This document shows, in pieces, positions 18,423 through 27,385 of a stretch of 64,000 nucleotides of DNA; the first letter of the stretch is position 1, and every line of letters starts with the position of its first letter. Source of the stretch: a bacterium (GTDB taxonomy: Bacteria; Bacillota; Clostridia; Lachnospirales; Lachnospiraceae); assembly GCA_963595255.1 (NCBI GenBank), contig CAVBHX010000003.1, positions 20,944 to 84,943 on the forward strand, given 5' to 3'. The position numbers and the translations under genes are program-made. The notes under the pieces are model-generated. The model saw only the letters and a list, made by a program, of their open reading frames with translations. It had not been told where the DNA came from and did no database searches.

Positions 18423-19847
18423 CTATCCCAGTATATTTCCCTGATTCAGTCTGCCTTCTATATCCAGGTGCGCCTTTAACTTTCTGCACAATTCCTGATA
18501 ATCTTCCGGAACGCAGGCACCTAATATCTGACGTTTTAATTTGCCGACACCATGTTCACCTAACAGGACTCCGTGTAAATCTCTGGTACGTTCCGCCCAG
18601 CTTCTGATCAGCCCGATGCCCTTTTCATATGCTTCATAATCCTCCGGCAGGATATTCACATGCAGATGGTTCTCCAGTGCATGTCCGAAGATAGAGCCTT
18701 CCAGACCAGCCTGGCTCATGTCTTTTTCATACTGTTCCAGCAGCTCTTTAAATGTCTGCTCACCGATCACCATATCTGTTCCCAGTTTCGTGATCCGGTC
18801 ATCTTTTCTTCTCTGTTCTTCGATATAAAGGTTGGCCGTCTCAGCCGCCGCATGACGGAATGCATGAAGCTTCTCCACTTCTGTCTCTCCGGACAGTGCC
18901 CATGCCTGATCCGGATCGCTTCCACACTCCATGGCAGCTTCCATCAGGCTTTCGGCGATTACCTCGATCCCTTCTTCACTTCCCTGAAGTTCCGTGTAAA
19001 CCAGTGCCTGAATATTCTCTTCAATATCCGGCAGTTCCTTGATCTTCGTCATCGTCTCTTTTCTGGCTTCGATCAGATTCATACTTCTGCGGTCCATATA
19101 TTCCACTGCCGCAATCTTTGCATCTTCCGCTTCCGGCAACTCACTGCGAAGCATATCTATAAATCCTGCAGCCCCTTCTTTCTCTTCAAAGAAGAAGACG
19201 ATTCCCCATACCGCTTCTGGTTTTGGGATCACTTTCAATGTAATTCTTGTAATGATTCCCGTAATTCCTTCTTTTCCAAGAACCATATCCAGCGCAGCAA
19301 TCGACTCTCCCGGCAGGATCTCTTCTTCCTGCCCTCTGGAAATCTCTCTTACATTGCCTGCACCATCGATCAGACGGATACTTTCTATATAATTCTCCGT
19401 CTCCCCGTACAGCATATGGCTGATTCCCTGCGCACCCGAAGCTGCGATTCCACCGATTGATGCCGATGTCTCTGTCGGATCTGGCGGCCAGAACAGATGC
19501 TCTTTCCGGAATCTTGCTGCAATTTCTTTTCTAAGCTCCATAAGATTGATTCCCGGCTCTACCGTGATCCGTCCGGTTCCGTCTGGTTCTGTCGAATGTT
19601 CAATTACTTTATTCATATGAGACAGATTTAAAATATGACCTCCCATCGGAACCCCGGCTCCTGTAATTCCTGTCTTTGCTCCCTGGATCGTCACCGGTAC
19701 CTGCTCTTCTTTCATCTGTTCTAATATAGCAAGTATCTCTTCTTCTGATTCTGGGAACGAAATGCTGTCCGCATGGCCTTTATATTTCGATTCGTCTATC
19801 AGATAGTCTTCATATTTTTCTTCCATCTGATAAATGGTTGCTGCCAT
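18423..19847 (-). CDS. FAD-linked oxidase (GlcD / D-lactate dehydrogenase-like), module 2
   Basis: 474 aa. VAO/PCMH-type FAD-binding domain (VTIQGAKTGITGAGVP) and C-terminal GEHGVGK motif. Confidence 0.85.
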   Translation of the reverse strand: MAATIYQMEEKYEDYLIDESKYKGHADSISFPESEEEILAILEQMKEEQVPVTIQGAKTGITGAGVPMGGHILNLSHMNKVIEHSTEPDGTGRITVEPGINLMELRKEIAARFRKEHLFWPPDPTETSASIGGIAASGAQGISHMLYGETENYIESIRLIDGAGNVREISRGQEEEILPGESIAALDMVLGKEGITGIITRITLKVIPKPEAVWGIVFFFEEKEGAAGFIDMLRSELPEAEDAKIAAVEYMDRRSMNLIEARKETMTKIKELPDIEENIQALVYTELQGSEEGIEVIAESLMEAAMECGSDPDQAWALSGETEVEKLHAFRHAAAETANLYIEEQRRKDDRITKLGTDMVIGEQTFKELLEQYEKDMSQAGLEGSIFGHALENHLHVNILPEDYEAYEKGIGLIRSWAERTRDLHGVLLGEHGVGKLKRQILGACVPEDYQELCRKLKAHLDIEGRLNQGNILG

Positions 19848-19880
19848 ATCTTCCGCCTCCTTACGTATAATAATTTTTTA

Positions 19881-20834
19881 TTACGATTTTTCTAATATTT
19901 TATTCAGCGCCTCAATGAACGGTTTGAAATCTTCTACGATCACCACATCAGCGTTCTTCATGATCGGCGCATGTTCATCGGTATTAACCGCTGCTATGAA
20001 TTTACTCTTTTCAATCCCCGCATAGAATGCTGCCGCACCGGACACCCCTGCCGTGATACAGATCTCCGGATTCGTCATGGCTCCGGATACCCCGATCAGG
20101 TGAGTCATCGGAAGCCATGCATTCATTGCCGCCGGGCGGCTGACACCAACCTGACCGCCGGTCTTATCAGCAAGTTCCTGTAAAATCTCAATATTTTCCT
20201 TTTTCGAGATTCCCCGTCCTGCCGCGATCAGTACTTTGACCTCTTCCAGCCCTTCTTCCTGATCCTCCGGTTCAAAACTTCGTTCTATAATATAAGCATC
20301 TGCTTCATTTTCGTCACACTTATGTACTTCTATAATCTGCATCTGTCCCGGATGAGGCTCTGTCTTCGTAAGTCCTTTTGCCATACTGATACAGTACGGA
20401 CCTTTTTTCATCCGGAATATTGCCTCCATATGATTGGAATAAACCATCTTTCCGACTTTTATCCCATCTTCTGTTCCATTCTCTATAACAATGCTGCTGA
20501 CCGCTGTAAGAGAGCTGCCGTTAAGTCTTGCCGCCAGTCTGACTGCCAGTTCTTCTCCTGCATAATCACTTCCGAAAATATATACAGCTTCCGGTTCTGC
20601 AAGCTCTTCCAATTCCTTCAAAACATTCTCCGGTACATATTCTTCTGCTGTCAGCACACTTACATTCTCTGTGAGCTTTCCTTCCATCTGTTCTGCATAT
20701 GCTTCATTTTTGCAATACAGATAAGTAACTCCTTCTTCTGCTTCTGACAGATACGCTTCTTTGAACGCTTCCATCTCCTGCATTAACTTCTGACAGTTCT
20801 GCAAGTATCCATTCAATACAAAATGATATCTCAT
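19881..20834 (-). CDS. etfA: electron transfer flavoprotein alpha subunit-like (module 1)
   Basis: 317 aa. C-terminal FAD domain LIAAGRGI...SRPAAMNAWLPMTHLIGVSG....PE.CITAGVSGAAAF.AG. Confidence 0.8.
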   Translation of the reverse strand: MRYHFVLNGYLQNCQKLMQEMEAFKEAYLSEAEEGVTYLYCKNEAYAEQMEGKLTENVSVLTAEEYVPENVLKELEELAEPEAVYIFGSDYAGEELAVRLAARLNGSSLTAVSSIVIENGTEDGIKVGKMVYSNHMEAIFRMKKGPYCISMAKGLTKTEPHPGQMQIIEVHKCDENEADAYIIERSFEPEDQEEGLEEVKVLIAAGRGISKKENIEILQELADKTGGQVGVSRPAAMNAWLPMTHLIGVSGAMTNPEICITAGVSGAAAFYAGIEKSKFIAAVNTDEHAPIMKNADVVIVEDFKPFIEALNKILEKS

Positions 20835-21634
20835 AATTCTTCCAGCCTGCCTTTCAGATAATTTTCGTAAAATTCTGCTGCCTTCTCTTCCGGCGTCTCA
20901 CCTTCGATCACCTGTGCCGCCCGGCTGTGTTCTACCACGTGCAGATCTATAAGTTCTACTCCGGAATCTTCTGTTTTCTCAGGAAATTCTGTTACGTATT
21001 CGATCGGCCGTTTTCCGCGGCTCATCTTATCTTTTAATGTCGGAACTCTTAAGTATGCACACGGTGCATTTCCCACAGCAAGCACACACGGTGTCTTCAC
21101 CGTCCAGATGCGCTTTCCGTCTGCCGTCTCACTGATAACTTTCAGATGTTCTTCATCCACCGGCTCCATTCCGACCACCTGCGTAATGCACGGCCATCCG
21201 AGCTTTTCCGCCGTCAGATATGGTGTCTTCCGGTTATTTCCATCCGAGCTTCCGGTTCCCATGACGATCACATCCTGCATCTGTTCTTTTTTTACATAAG
21301 ATGCAACTATATCAGCAATCTCTTCCGGCACAAATACCTTATCTTCTTCTGATTCTGCCCTGACTGCATGTTCAAAACCAAGTGCGTATAACGTCTTCAG
21401 GAAGTTTTCATGTTTCTTCTTTCCAACCGTCAACGCATTCAGTTCATATACGACGCCAAAGCCTTCTGATAAATCAGAAAGCTTCAACATCATCTCCAGG
21501 GCACCTTCGTCATAACAATTCCACAATAATTTTACATACCCAGTATCTATATGTAACTGTTCATCTGGTGTCCAGTCTTCGTCTGCCACCAGATCATAAT
21601 CTGATACAACTTTAAAACACCCTAATATTTTCAT
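20831..21634 (-). CDS. etfB: electron transfer flavoprotein beta subunit-like, divergent (module 1)
   Basis: 267 aa with EtfB-like length and layout. The DGDTAQV region is replaced by MGTGSSDGNNRKTPYL. Coupled by 4-nt overlap to the downstream etfA-like gene. Confidence 0.7.
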   Translation of the reverse strand: MKILGCFKVVSDYDLVADEDWTPDEQLHIDTGYVKLLWNCYDEGALEMMLKLSDLSEGFGVVYELNALTVGKKKHENFLKTLYALGFEHAVRAESEEDKVFVPEEIADIVASYVKKEQMQDVIVMGTGSSDGNNRKTPYLTAEKLGWPCITQVVGMEPVDEEHLKVISETADGKRIWTVKTPCVLAVGNAPCAYLRVPTLKDKMSRGKRPIEYVTEFPEKTEDSGVELIDLHVVEHSRAAQVIEGETPEEKAAEFYENYLKGRLEEL

Positions 21635-21640
21635 AAGCCA

Positions 21641-23098
21641 TTATTTTCTCAGAGGAATCAGTGTTCCCATGTTCATAATACCGTTTGGATCAAATGCCTG
21701 CTTTAATGTTTTCAGCATGTAGTATGATGAGCCATACTCCTGTGGAGCATATTTTGCTCTTGCTTTTCCAAGTCCGTGATGATGTACGATAGATCCGCCG
21801 TATTTAATAACCTGTTCGCAGATGATCTGGTTGATTCTGTCATGGTATTTGTTGATCTCTTCTTCCGGAGCACAGTCAACTACATTGTAGTAGTATACGA
21901 AATACATATTCGTTCCGTTGATGTAGCTGTGTGAAGAATGTCCACCCATCAATGTCATATCAGGTACTTCTGCAAGGATTCTGTCGCAGGCTGTCTTGTA
22001 GATCTCATAAATGTTATCCCAGCTTCCGGAAACTTCTGTTGTGATACCGATATTATGTGTAGCTTTGATTTCTTCTCTTTCCTGAGCGATCTGTTCTGGT
22101 CCCCAGTTCAGTCCGCTGTACCATTTCTCGATGAGTTTTGGATCTACTTCTTCAAGTTCAGGATGTTTGTACATCATTTCCTTGATTCCTTCTTCGATTG
22201 CTTTTGTAATGTTAGCCGGTCCTTCTGCCATCCAGATCAGGATTGCTTTGTCTTCTTCCAGCCATGAGCTGAAGTGCTGCTGAGCATCCGGTGCATCATA
22301 AAGTCTTGCGAATGATGGTCTGTATCCAGCAACCATAACTTCACGTAAGCAGTCAAATCCAAGTTTCATCTGGTCATTGTCCAGTTTGAATCCGATGTAA
22401 CGGTTGTTTTCCGGCTGCCATTTGAAGAGTTTTAATGTAACTTCTGTGATGAAGCAGAGAGCTCCTTCATTTCCACAGATGATATGTCTGATGTCCGGTC
22501 CAGCTGCACGTCTTGGTACATTTTTGATTCTGCAGATCTTTCCGTTCGGGAATACTGCTTCCATACCAACGATCATGTCTTCGATTCCACCATATAATGT
22601 AGAGAACTGTCCGATACTTCTTGTTGCTACCAGTCCACCGATCTGTGCAAGTGGTTTTGACTGTGGAGAGTGTCCTGTTGTCAGTCCTCTTTCTCTTAAC
22701 ATATCGTCAAGATCCTGAAGAGGTACACCACACTGGCATGTTACCTGCATGTTATACTCATCTACTTTTAATACTTTGTTCATCATAGATCCGTCGATGA
22801 CTACAGAATCTTTTAATGCTGTCTCAAGTCCGCCTTCAATTGCAGAATGTCCTGTTCTTGGTACAACGTTGATCTCGTTATCATTTGCAAATGTAAGTAC
22901 TTCTGATACCTGCTCCGGTGTCTTTACATATACAACTGCTGCCGGGATTGGCTGTGTGTATACTTCACATACCTGTTCATATTTTCTATATCTGTCAATA
23001 CTGCTGTCTTTTAATATCTGTTCATCTGTAATTACCTGTTCTTCACCAAGAATCTTTACTAATCCTTCTACGATCTGTTCTCTTGAAATAATTGCCAT
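21641..23098 (-). CDS. FAD-linked oxidase, alkyl-DHAP-synthase (AGPS)-like, module 1
   Basis: 485 aa. TGHSPQSKPLAQIGGLVATRSIGQFSTLYGGIEDMIVGMEAVFPNG closely parallels the AGPS block TGHEPDS...GGW.STRASG....YGNIED. Confidence 0.8.
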   Translation of the reverse strand: MAIISREQIVEGLVKILGEEQVITDEQILKDSSIDRYRKYEQVCEVYTQPIPAAVVYVKTPEQVSEVLTFANDNEINVVPRTGHSAIEGGLETALKDSVVIDGSMMNKVLKVDEYNMQVTCQCGVPLQDLDDMLRERGLTTGHSPQSKPLAQIGGLVATRSIGQFSTLYGGIEDMIVGMEAVFPNGKICRIKNVPRRAAGPDIRHIICGNEGALCFITEVTLKLFKWQPENNRYIGFKLDNDQMKLGFDCLREVMVAGYRPSFARLYDAPDAQQHFSSWLEEDKAILIWMAEGPANITKAIEEGIKEMMYKHPELEEVDPKLIEKWYSGLNWGPEQIAQEREEIKATHNIGITTEVSGSWDNIYEIYKTACDRILAEVPDMTLMGGHSSHSYINGTNMYFVYYYNVVDCAPEEEINKYHDRINQIICEQVIKYGGSIVHHHGLGKARAKYAPQEYGSSYYMLKTLKQAFDPNGIMNMGTLIPLRK

Positions 23099-23228
23099 TT
23101 TATAAAACTCCTTTCAAACTTCCTATTAATATAGTTGTTCTTCTTCCTTTTTGACCGATGAGCCTCTATAAAACCAGATCTGTGCGCACCTGTTCTGATT
23201 TTATAGAAGTTATTGCATGCTTTGGCAT

Positions 23229-23343
23229 AAAAAAAGAGAAAAGAAACCTGTCAGGAGACATACTCTGTCTCTCAGGTTACTTTTCTCTTAAAATCTCTTC
23301 GGTAACTGGTTTTAGTATAATGCCTTGGGTATCGGATTGTCAA
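23229..23343 (-). promoter_or_regulatory. promoter plus conserved leader/attenuator L1 (upstream of the oxidase/ETF/BCCT/glpP operon)
   Basis: Minus strand: TTGACA(23343..23338)-18 nt-TATACT(23319..23314). This is followed by CAGTTAC CGAAGAG ATTTTA AGAGAAAAGTAAC CTGAGAGAC-loop-GTCTCCTGACAGGTTTCTTTTCTCT and then UUUUUUU. Confidence 0.65.
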
Positions 23344-23418
23344 TTGTGCAGTATTGATGTTTTTGTTACCCCGTTTTTGTGCGTTTTGTACAGTTTATTA
23401 TTTTTTTCTTATTTTTAA

Positions 23419-23508
23419 TTGACTTTTTACACAAAAGACGGTATAGTCGAATCAGTTACAAGAGTATGAGAGAAGTAACGCCACCGGGCATTACTTTTCT
23501 CTTTTTTT
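23419..23508 (+). promoter_or_regulatory. promoter plus conserved leader/attenuator L2 (upstream of the MFS transporter)
   Basis: TTGACT(23419..23424)-17 nt-TATAGT(23442..23447), followed by CAGTTAC AAGAG TAT GAGAGAAGTAACGCC-ACCG-GGCATTACTTTTCTC and then TTTTTTT. Confidence 0.65.
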
Positions 23509-23656
23509 GTTATATGACATTCTATATAATATGATGACTGCAGCATCATATTGTGTTACATCTGATTGTTATACGAATTGTATGAACAAAAAGATTATAA
23601 CAAAAGATACGCACGTTATAATGTATGTCATAATGCTATTTATATGGAGGGAAAAC

Positions 23657-24892
23657 ATGAACAAATCTTTTATTAAAAAATACGGCACGCTGTTACTTCT
23701 GGCGGCCGGAGCCGGAATCATCTTCCAGCTTCCTTATATTCGTGAGACATTTTATGTACCTATTCAGAATGCGATGAATCTGACAGATGCTCAGATGGGT
23801 ATGTTATCATCCGGATATGCAACTATGGCAACTTTTTCTTACTTTGTCGGTGGTATCGTCGCAGATAAATTCTCTGCACGTAAGCTGCTTGCATTTTCAT
23901 TCATTGCAACCGGTATCCTCGGATTATGGTTCTCAACCTTCCCGGGATATAACATCAGCCGCCTGATCTTCGTATTAATGGGTGTATCTACTGTTATTAC
24001 ATACTGGTCAGCTTGTATCAAAGCAACACGTTTACTTGGTGACAGCAATGAACAGGGACGTCTGTTCGGTCTGCAGGAAGGTTTACGTGGAGTTATCAAT
24101 GCCGCAGTTGTATTCGTAATGTCTGCTGCATTCGCTCATTATACAAATGAAGTTGCCGGTGCTGCAGCTGCGATCCGTATCTGTGCAGGTACACTGATCG
24201 TTCTTGGTATCCTTCACTACATCGTAATCGAAGATACCAAATCAGAAAAGACAGAATCTATCGCTACTGTAACAAAGGGTATGTTCAAATGCTTACTGAT
24301 CCCTAGAGTATGGGTTCTGATCGGAATCATCTTTACAGCTTACAGTGTATATGGTCTGATCGGTTATGTTACTACATTTGCACAGCGCTTCTTCGGAATG
24401 ACTGCTGCAACAGCTGCTACCCTTGGTGGTGTACGTTACCTGCTTCAGGGCGCAGGCGGAATCGTTGGTGGATTCCTTGCTGATAAATTCTCACGTGCGA
24501 AAGTTATCGCTGTAGGATGTGTCGGACTTGCTGTTTCTTTCGCAGCTTATGTATTCATTCCTGGAAATGCATCTGCACTCGGTGTTGTTATTGCTAACTT
24601 CTTCATCGGACTGGTATTCATCTATGCCGTAAGAAGTCAGTACTTCGCAATCCAGGATGATGCAGGTATTCCGATTGAATTAAGTGGACGTGTATCAGGT
24701 ATCACATCTGCAATCGGATATCTTCCAGACGTATTCATGTACACATTAGTTGGAAGCTGGATGGACAGCTACGGAAGAACAGGATTCAACATGACATGGA
24801 TCTACGCTGCAGTTGCTGCTGTACTTTGTATCGTAATGGTAGTTCTGCTGAACGTGATCATCAAAAAGAATCCAAAGTCCATTGAAGAATAG
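23657..24892 (+). CDS. MFS transporter
   Basis: 411 aa from the ATG at 23657 (GGAGGG RBS), with 12 predicted TM helices. The track ORF starts at 23507 inside the leader terminator, which is unlikely. Confidence 0.85.
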   Translation: MNKSFIKKYGTLLLLAAGAGIIFQLPYIRETFYVPIQNAMNLTDAQMGMLSSGYATMATFSYFVGGIVADKFSARKLLAFSFIATGILGLWFSTFPGYNISRLIFVLMGVSTVITYWSACIKATRLLGDSNEQGRLFGLQEGLRGVINAAVVFVMSAAFAHYTNEVAGAAAAIRICAGTLIVLGILHYIVIEDTKSEKTESIATVTKGMFKCLLIPRVWVLIGIIFTAYSVYGLIGYVTTFAQRFFGMTAATAATLGGVRYLLQGAGGIVGGFLADKFSRAKVIAVGCVGLAVSFAAYVFIPGNASALGVVIANFFIGLVFIYAVRSQYFAIQDDAGIPIELSGRVSGITSAIGYLPDVFMYTLVGSWMDSYGRTGFNMTWIYAAVAAVLCIVMVVLLNVIIKKNPKSIEE

Positions 24893-25085
24893 ACAAGTGT
24901 CCATATCATTTTCATAAATCTCTTAAGGCGGGTGCCGGTTACGGCATCCGTCTTATATTGTATTTTTAATTCTATTTCCGATCGTTTCCCTGTCATATGA
25001 CGATTCTTTTCTTCTTCGCTTCTTGCAGTTTTTTCCCCGCCATGATTTAATAAGTATAATATTTATTATAACGAAGGAGACTTAT

Positions 25086-25850
25086 ATGGCTACTTTAAAT
25101 ATATTATACGAAGACCCACACATCCTGGTCTGTGTCAAACCACACGGCATCGCAACCCAGAGCAAAAGCATCCGTTACCCGGACATGGTCAGCCTGATCA
25201 AGAATCATCTGGCGAAATCCAGTGGTTCCAGGAACCCTGGCTCAGCTGAGCCTTACCTTGCCGTCATCCACAGACTCGACCAGCCTGTTGCCGGGATCCT
25301 TGTCTTTGCCAAGACACCGGCTGCTGCGAAGGATCTGAATAAGCAGTTACAGAATCAGGGATTTGGGAAATATTACCGTGCCCTTGTCACCAATCCTCCT
25401 TCAGAGGAAGAAGGAACACTCGAGGATTATATGGTCAAAGATGCACGGACGAACACTTCCAGAATCTGTTCTGTGAAGGAAAATGGAGCAAAGATTGCAC
25501 GGCTGCATTATAATACAGTTCCTGCTGATAACCGGCTGTTTACGATACCATCCGGCTCCTCGCACAGCAGCATTTCCGGCACCGGTCTGCAATCATCTGA
25601 TCCCACTGAAAAAAACACTGCTTTTCACGGAACAGAACTGGAGATCCATCTGGACACCGGGCGCCATCATCAGATTCGTGTACAGCTTGCATCTATCGGC
25701 TGTCCAATCGTCGGAGATACAAAATATAACCCGGAACTTGCCGGCACAAAGGGCTGGCAGACAATCCGGCTGTGTGCTTATAAGCTGGATTTTAAACATC
25801 CGGTTACACATAAAGCTATGCATTTTCAGTTAGAAGCTGATCCTGTATAA
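25086..25850 (+). CDS. RluA-family pseudouridine synthase
   Basis: HRLDQPVAGILVFAKT catalytic motif and C-terminal TGRHHQIRVQLA. The start at 25086 has a GGAG RBS. Confidence 0.85.
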   Translation: MATLNILYEDPHILVCVKPHGIATQSKSIRYPDMVSLIKNHLAKSSGSRNPGSAEPYLAVIHRLDQPVAGILVFAKTPAAAKDLNKQLQNQGFGKYYRALVTNPPSEEEGTLEDYMVKDARTNTSRICSVKENGAKIARLHYNTVPADNRLFTIPSGSSHSSISGTGLQSSDPTEKNTAFHGTELEIHLDTGRHHQIRVQLASIGCPIVGDTKYNPELAGTKGWQTIRLCAYKLDFKHPVTHKAMHFQLEADPV

Positions 25851-25895
25851 TTTTTACCTTTTAAAAACAACTGTCATCAACATTGGGGGGTATGC

Positions 25896-25930
25896 AAAAA
25901 GAGAAGTGGGAAATTCCCGCTCCTCTTTTT
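25896..25930. terminator. bidirectional terminator between the rluA-like gene and spoVG
   Basis: AAAAAGAGAAGTGGG-AAATT-CCCGCTCCTCTTTTT. Confidence 0.75.
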
Positions 25931-25948
25931 CGCCGATACATATGTCAT

Positions 25949-26224
25949 CTATGCTTCTGCTACATCCTCTGCCAGAGCTTCTTCATATTTCTCAAGGATA
26001 ATATTCTGAATGCGCTCTCTTGTTCCTGAGTTGATTGGATGTGCAATATCTCTATACTCTCCATCCAATGCTTTCTTGCTTGGCATTGCAATAAAGAGTC
26101 CTTTTTCTCCTTCAATCACCTTAATATCGTGTACCACAAATTCCTCATCCATGGTAATGGAAACGACAGCTTTCAGCTTGCCCTCCTTTGCTACTTTACG
26201 TACTCGTACATCTGTAATCTGCAT
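25949..26224 (-). CDS. spoVG: septation protein SpoVG
   Basis: 91 aa. [11 protein letters not shown]...[17 protein letters not shown] is canonical SpoVG. Confidence 0.95.
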   Translation of the reverse strand: MQITDVRVRKVAKEGKLKAVVSITMDEEFVVHDIKVIEGEKGLFIAMPSKKALDGEYRDIAHPINSGTRERIQNIILEKYEEALAEDVAEA

Positions 26225-26266
26225 GTTGTTCTAGCCCCTTTCTTCTAGCCTTTGTACTGCTTTTTC

Positions 26267-27385
26267 TTAAAGTGCATACCTCTCATTTTTTTCTACGACT
26301 ACCTTCACACCATTTTCACCAACATAGCGTGTGTTCGCCCGGATCGTATCCCGGCTTTCTACAATACAGTTCTCAATATATGCATTGTCTCCGAGATAGA
26401 CATCATTCAGAATAATGGAATTCTTAATGACACAGTTGTTCCCCACGAATGTCTTCTTGAAAAGAATCGAATTCTCGACTGTACCATTAATGATACTTCC
26501 ACTCGCCACAAGGCTGTTCTTAACCATAGATCCCGGGTTGTATTTTGCCGGCGGCAGATCGCTGACCTTGGAATAAATACCCGGCTGTGTCCGGAAGAAA
26601 TACTCACGTACTTCCGGTTTCAGGAAATCCATATTCGTCTGATAATATGCATCCACTGTTGAAATGTTGCTCCAGTAATCTTTTATTTTATAACCGTAGA
26701 TTTTCTTCAGATTCTTATATCTGATAAGAATATCGGTCACAAAATCATGTCTGTCATCTTCTGCGCAATGTTCGATCAGATCGATCAGCTGGCGTCTTCT
26801 GATTACATAGATACCTGTCGATACAATCTGCGACTGTGCCACCATCGGCTTTTCCTCGAACTCTTCAATACGCATCGAATCATTCATCTTGATCGTTCCG
26901 AAACGGCTTGCATCTTCGTTCGGACCAAGTTCTTTGCATACCACTGTAATATCCGCTTTCTTTGCAATGTGATATTCCAGTACTTTGTTATAATCCATCT
27001 TATATACAGCATCACCGGATGTAATGATTACATAAGGTTCGTGACATCTCTTTAAGAAATCCAGATTCTGATAAATTGCGTCTGCTGTTCCGCGGTACCA
27101 GTATCCGTTCTCCGCGGTGATCGTCGGGGTAAATACATATAATCCCCCCTGCTTTCTTCCGAAATCCCACCATTTTGAAGAATTCAGATGTTCATTCAAC
27201 GAACGGGCATTGTACTGTGTCAGAACTGCCACCTTCTGAATATGAGAGTTTGACATATTACTGAGTGCAAAGTCAATCGCTCTGTAACTTCCGGCGATCG
27301 GCATTGCTGCCACTGCTCTTTTATGTGTCAGTTCACGCATCTTATTGCTGTTACCACCTGCTAAAATAATTCCTACTGCTCTCAT
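26267..27385 (-). CDS. glgD: glucose-1-phosphate adenylyltransferase regulatory subunit GlgD
   Basis: 372 aa NTP-transferase plus left-handed beta-helix protein. It lies directly downstream of and overlaps glgC, the Firmicute glgC-glgD arrangement. Confidence 0.85.
   Translation of the reverse strand: MRAVGIILAGGNSNKMRELTHKRAVAAMPIAGSYRAIDFALSNMSNSHIQKVAVLTQYNARSLNEHLNSSKWWDFGRKQGGLYVFTPTITAENGYWYRGTADAIYQNLDFLKRCHEPYVIITSGDAVYKMDYNKVLEYHIAKKADITVVCKELGPNEDASRFGTIKMNDSMRIEEFEEKPMVAQSQIVSTGIYVIRRRQLIDLIEHCAEDDRHDFVTDILIRYKNLKKIYGYKIKDYWSNISTVDAYYQTNMDFLKPEVREYFFRTQPGIYSKVSDLPPAKYNPGSMVKNSLVASGSIINGTVENSILFKKTFVGNNCVIKNSIILNDVYLGDNAYIENCIVESRDTIRANTRYVGENGVKVVVEKNERYAL

Noticed and set aside
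23507-23656. The N-terminal 50 codons of the track ORF for the MFS transporter.
   Set aside because: That start lies within the leader terminator U-run, and the segment is AT-rich with no RBS. The ATG at 23657 has a GGAGGG RBS and begins the first TM helix.
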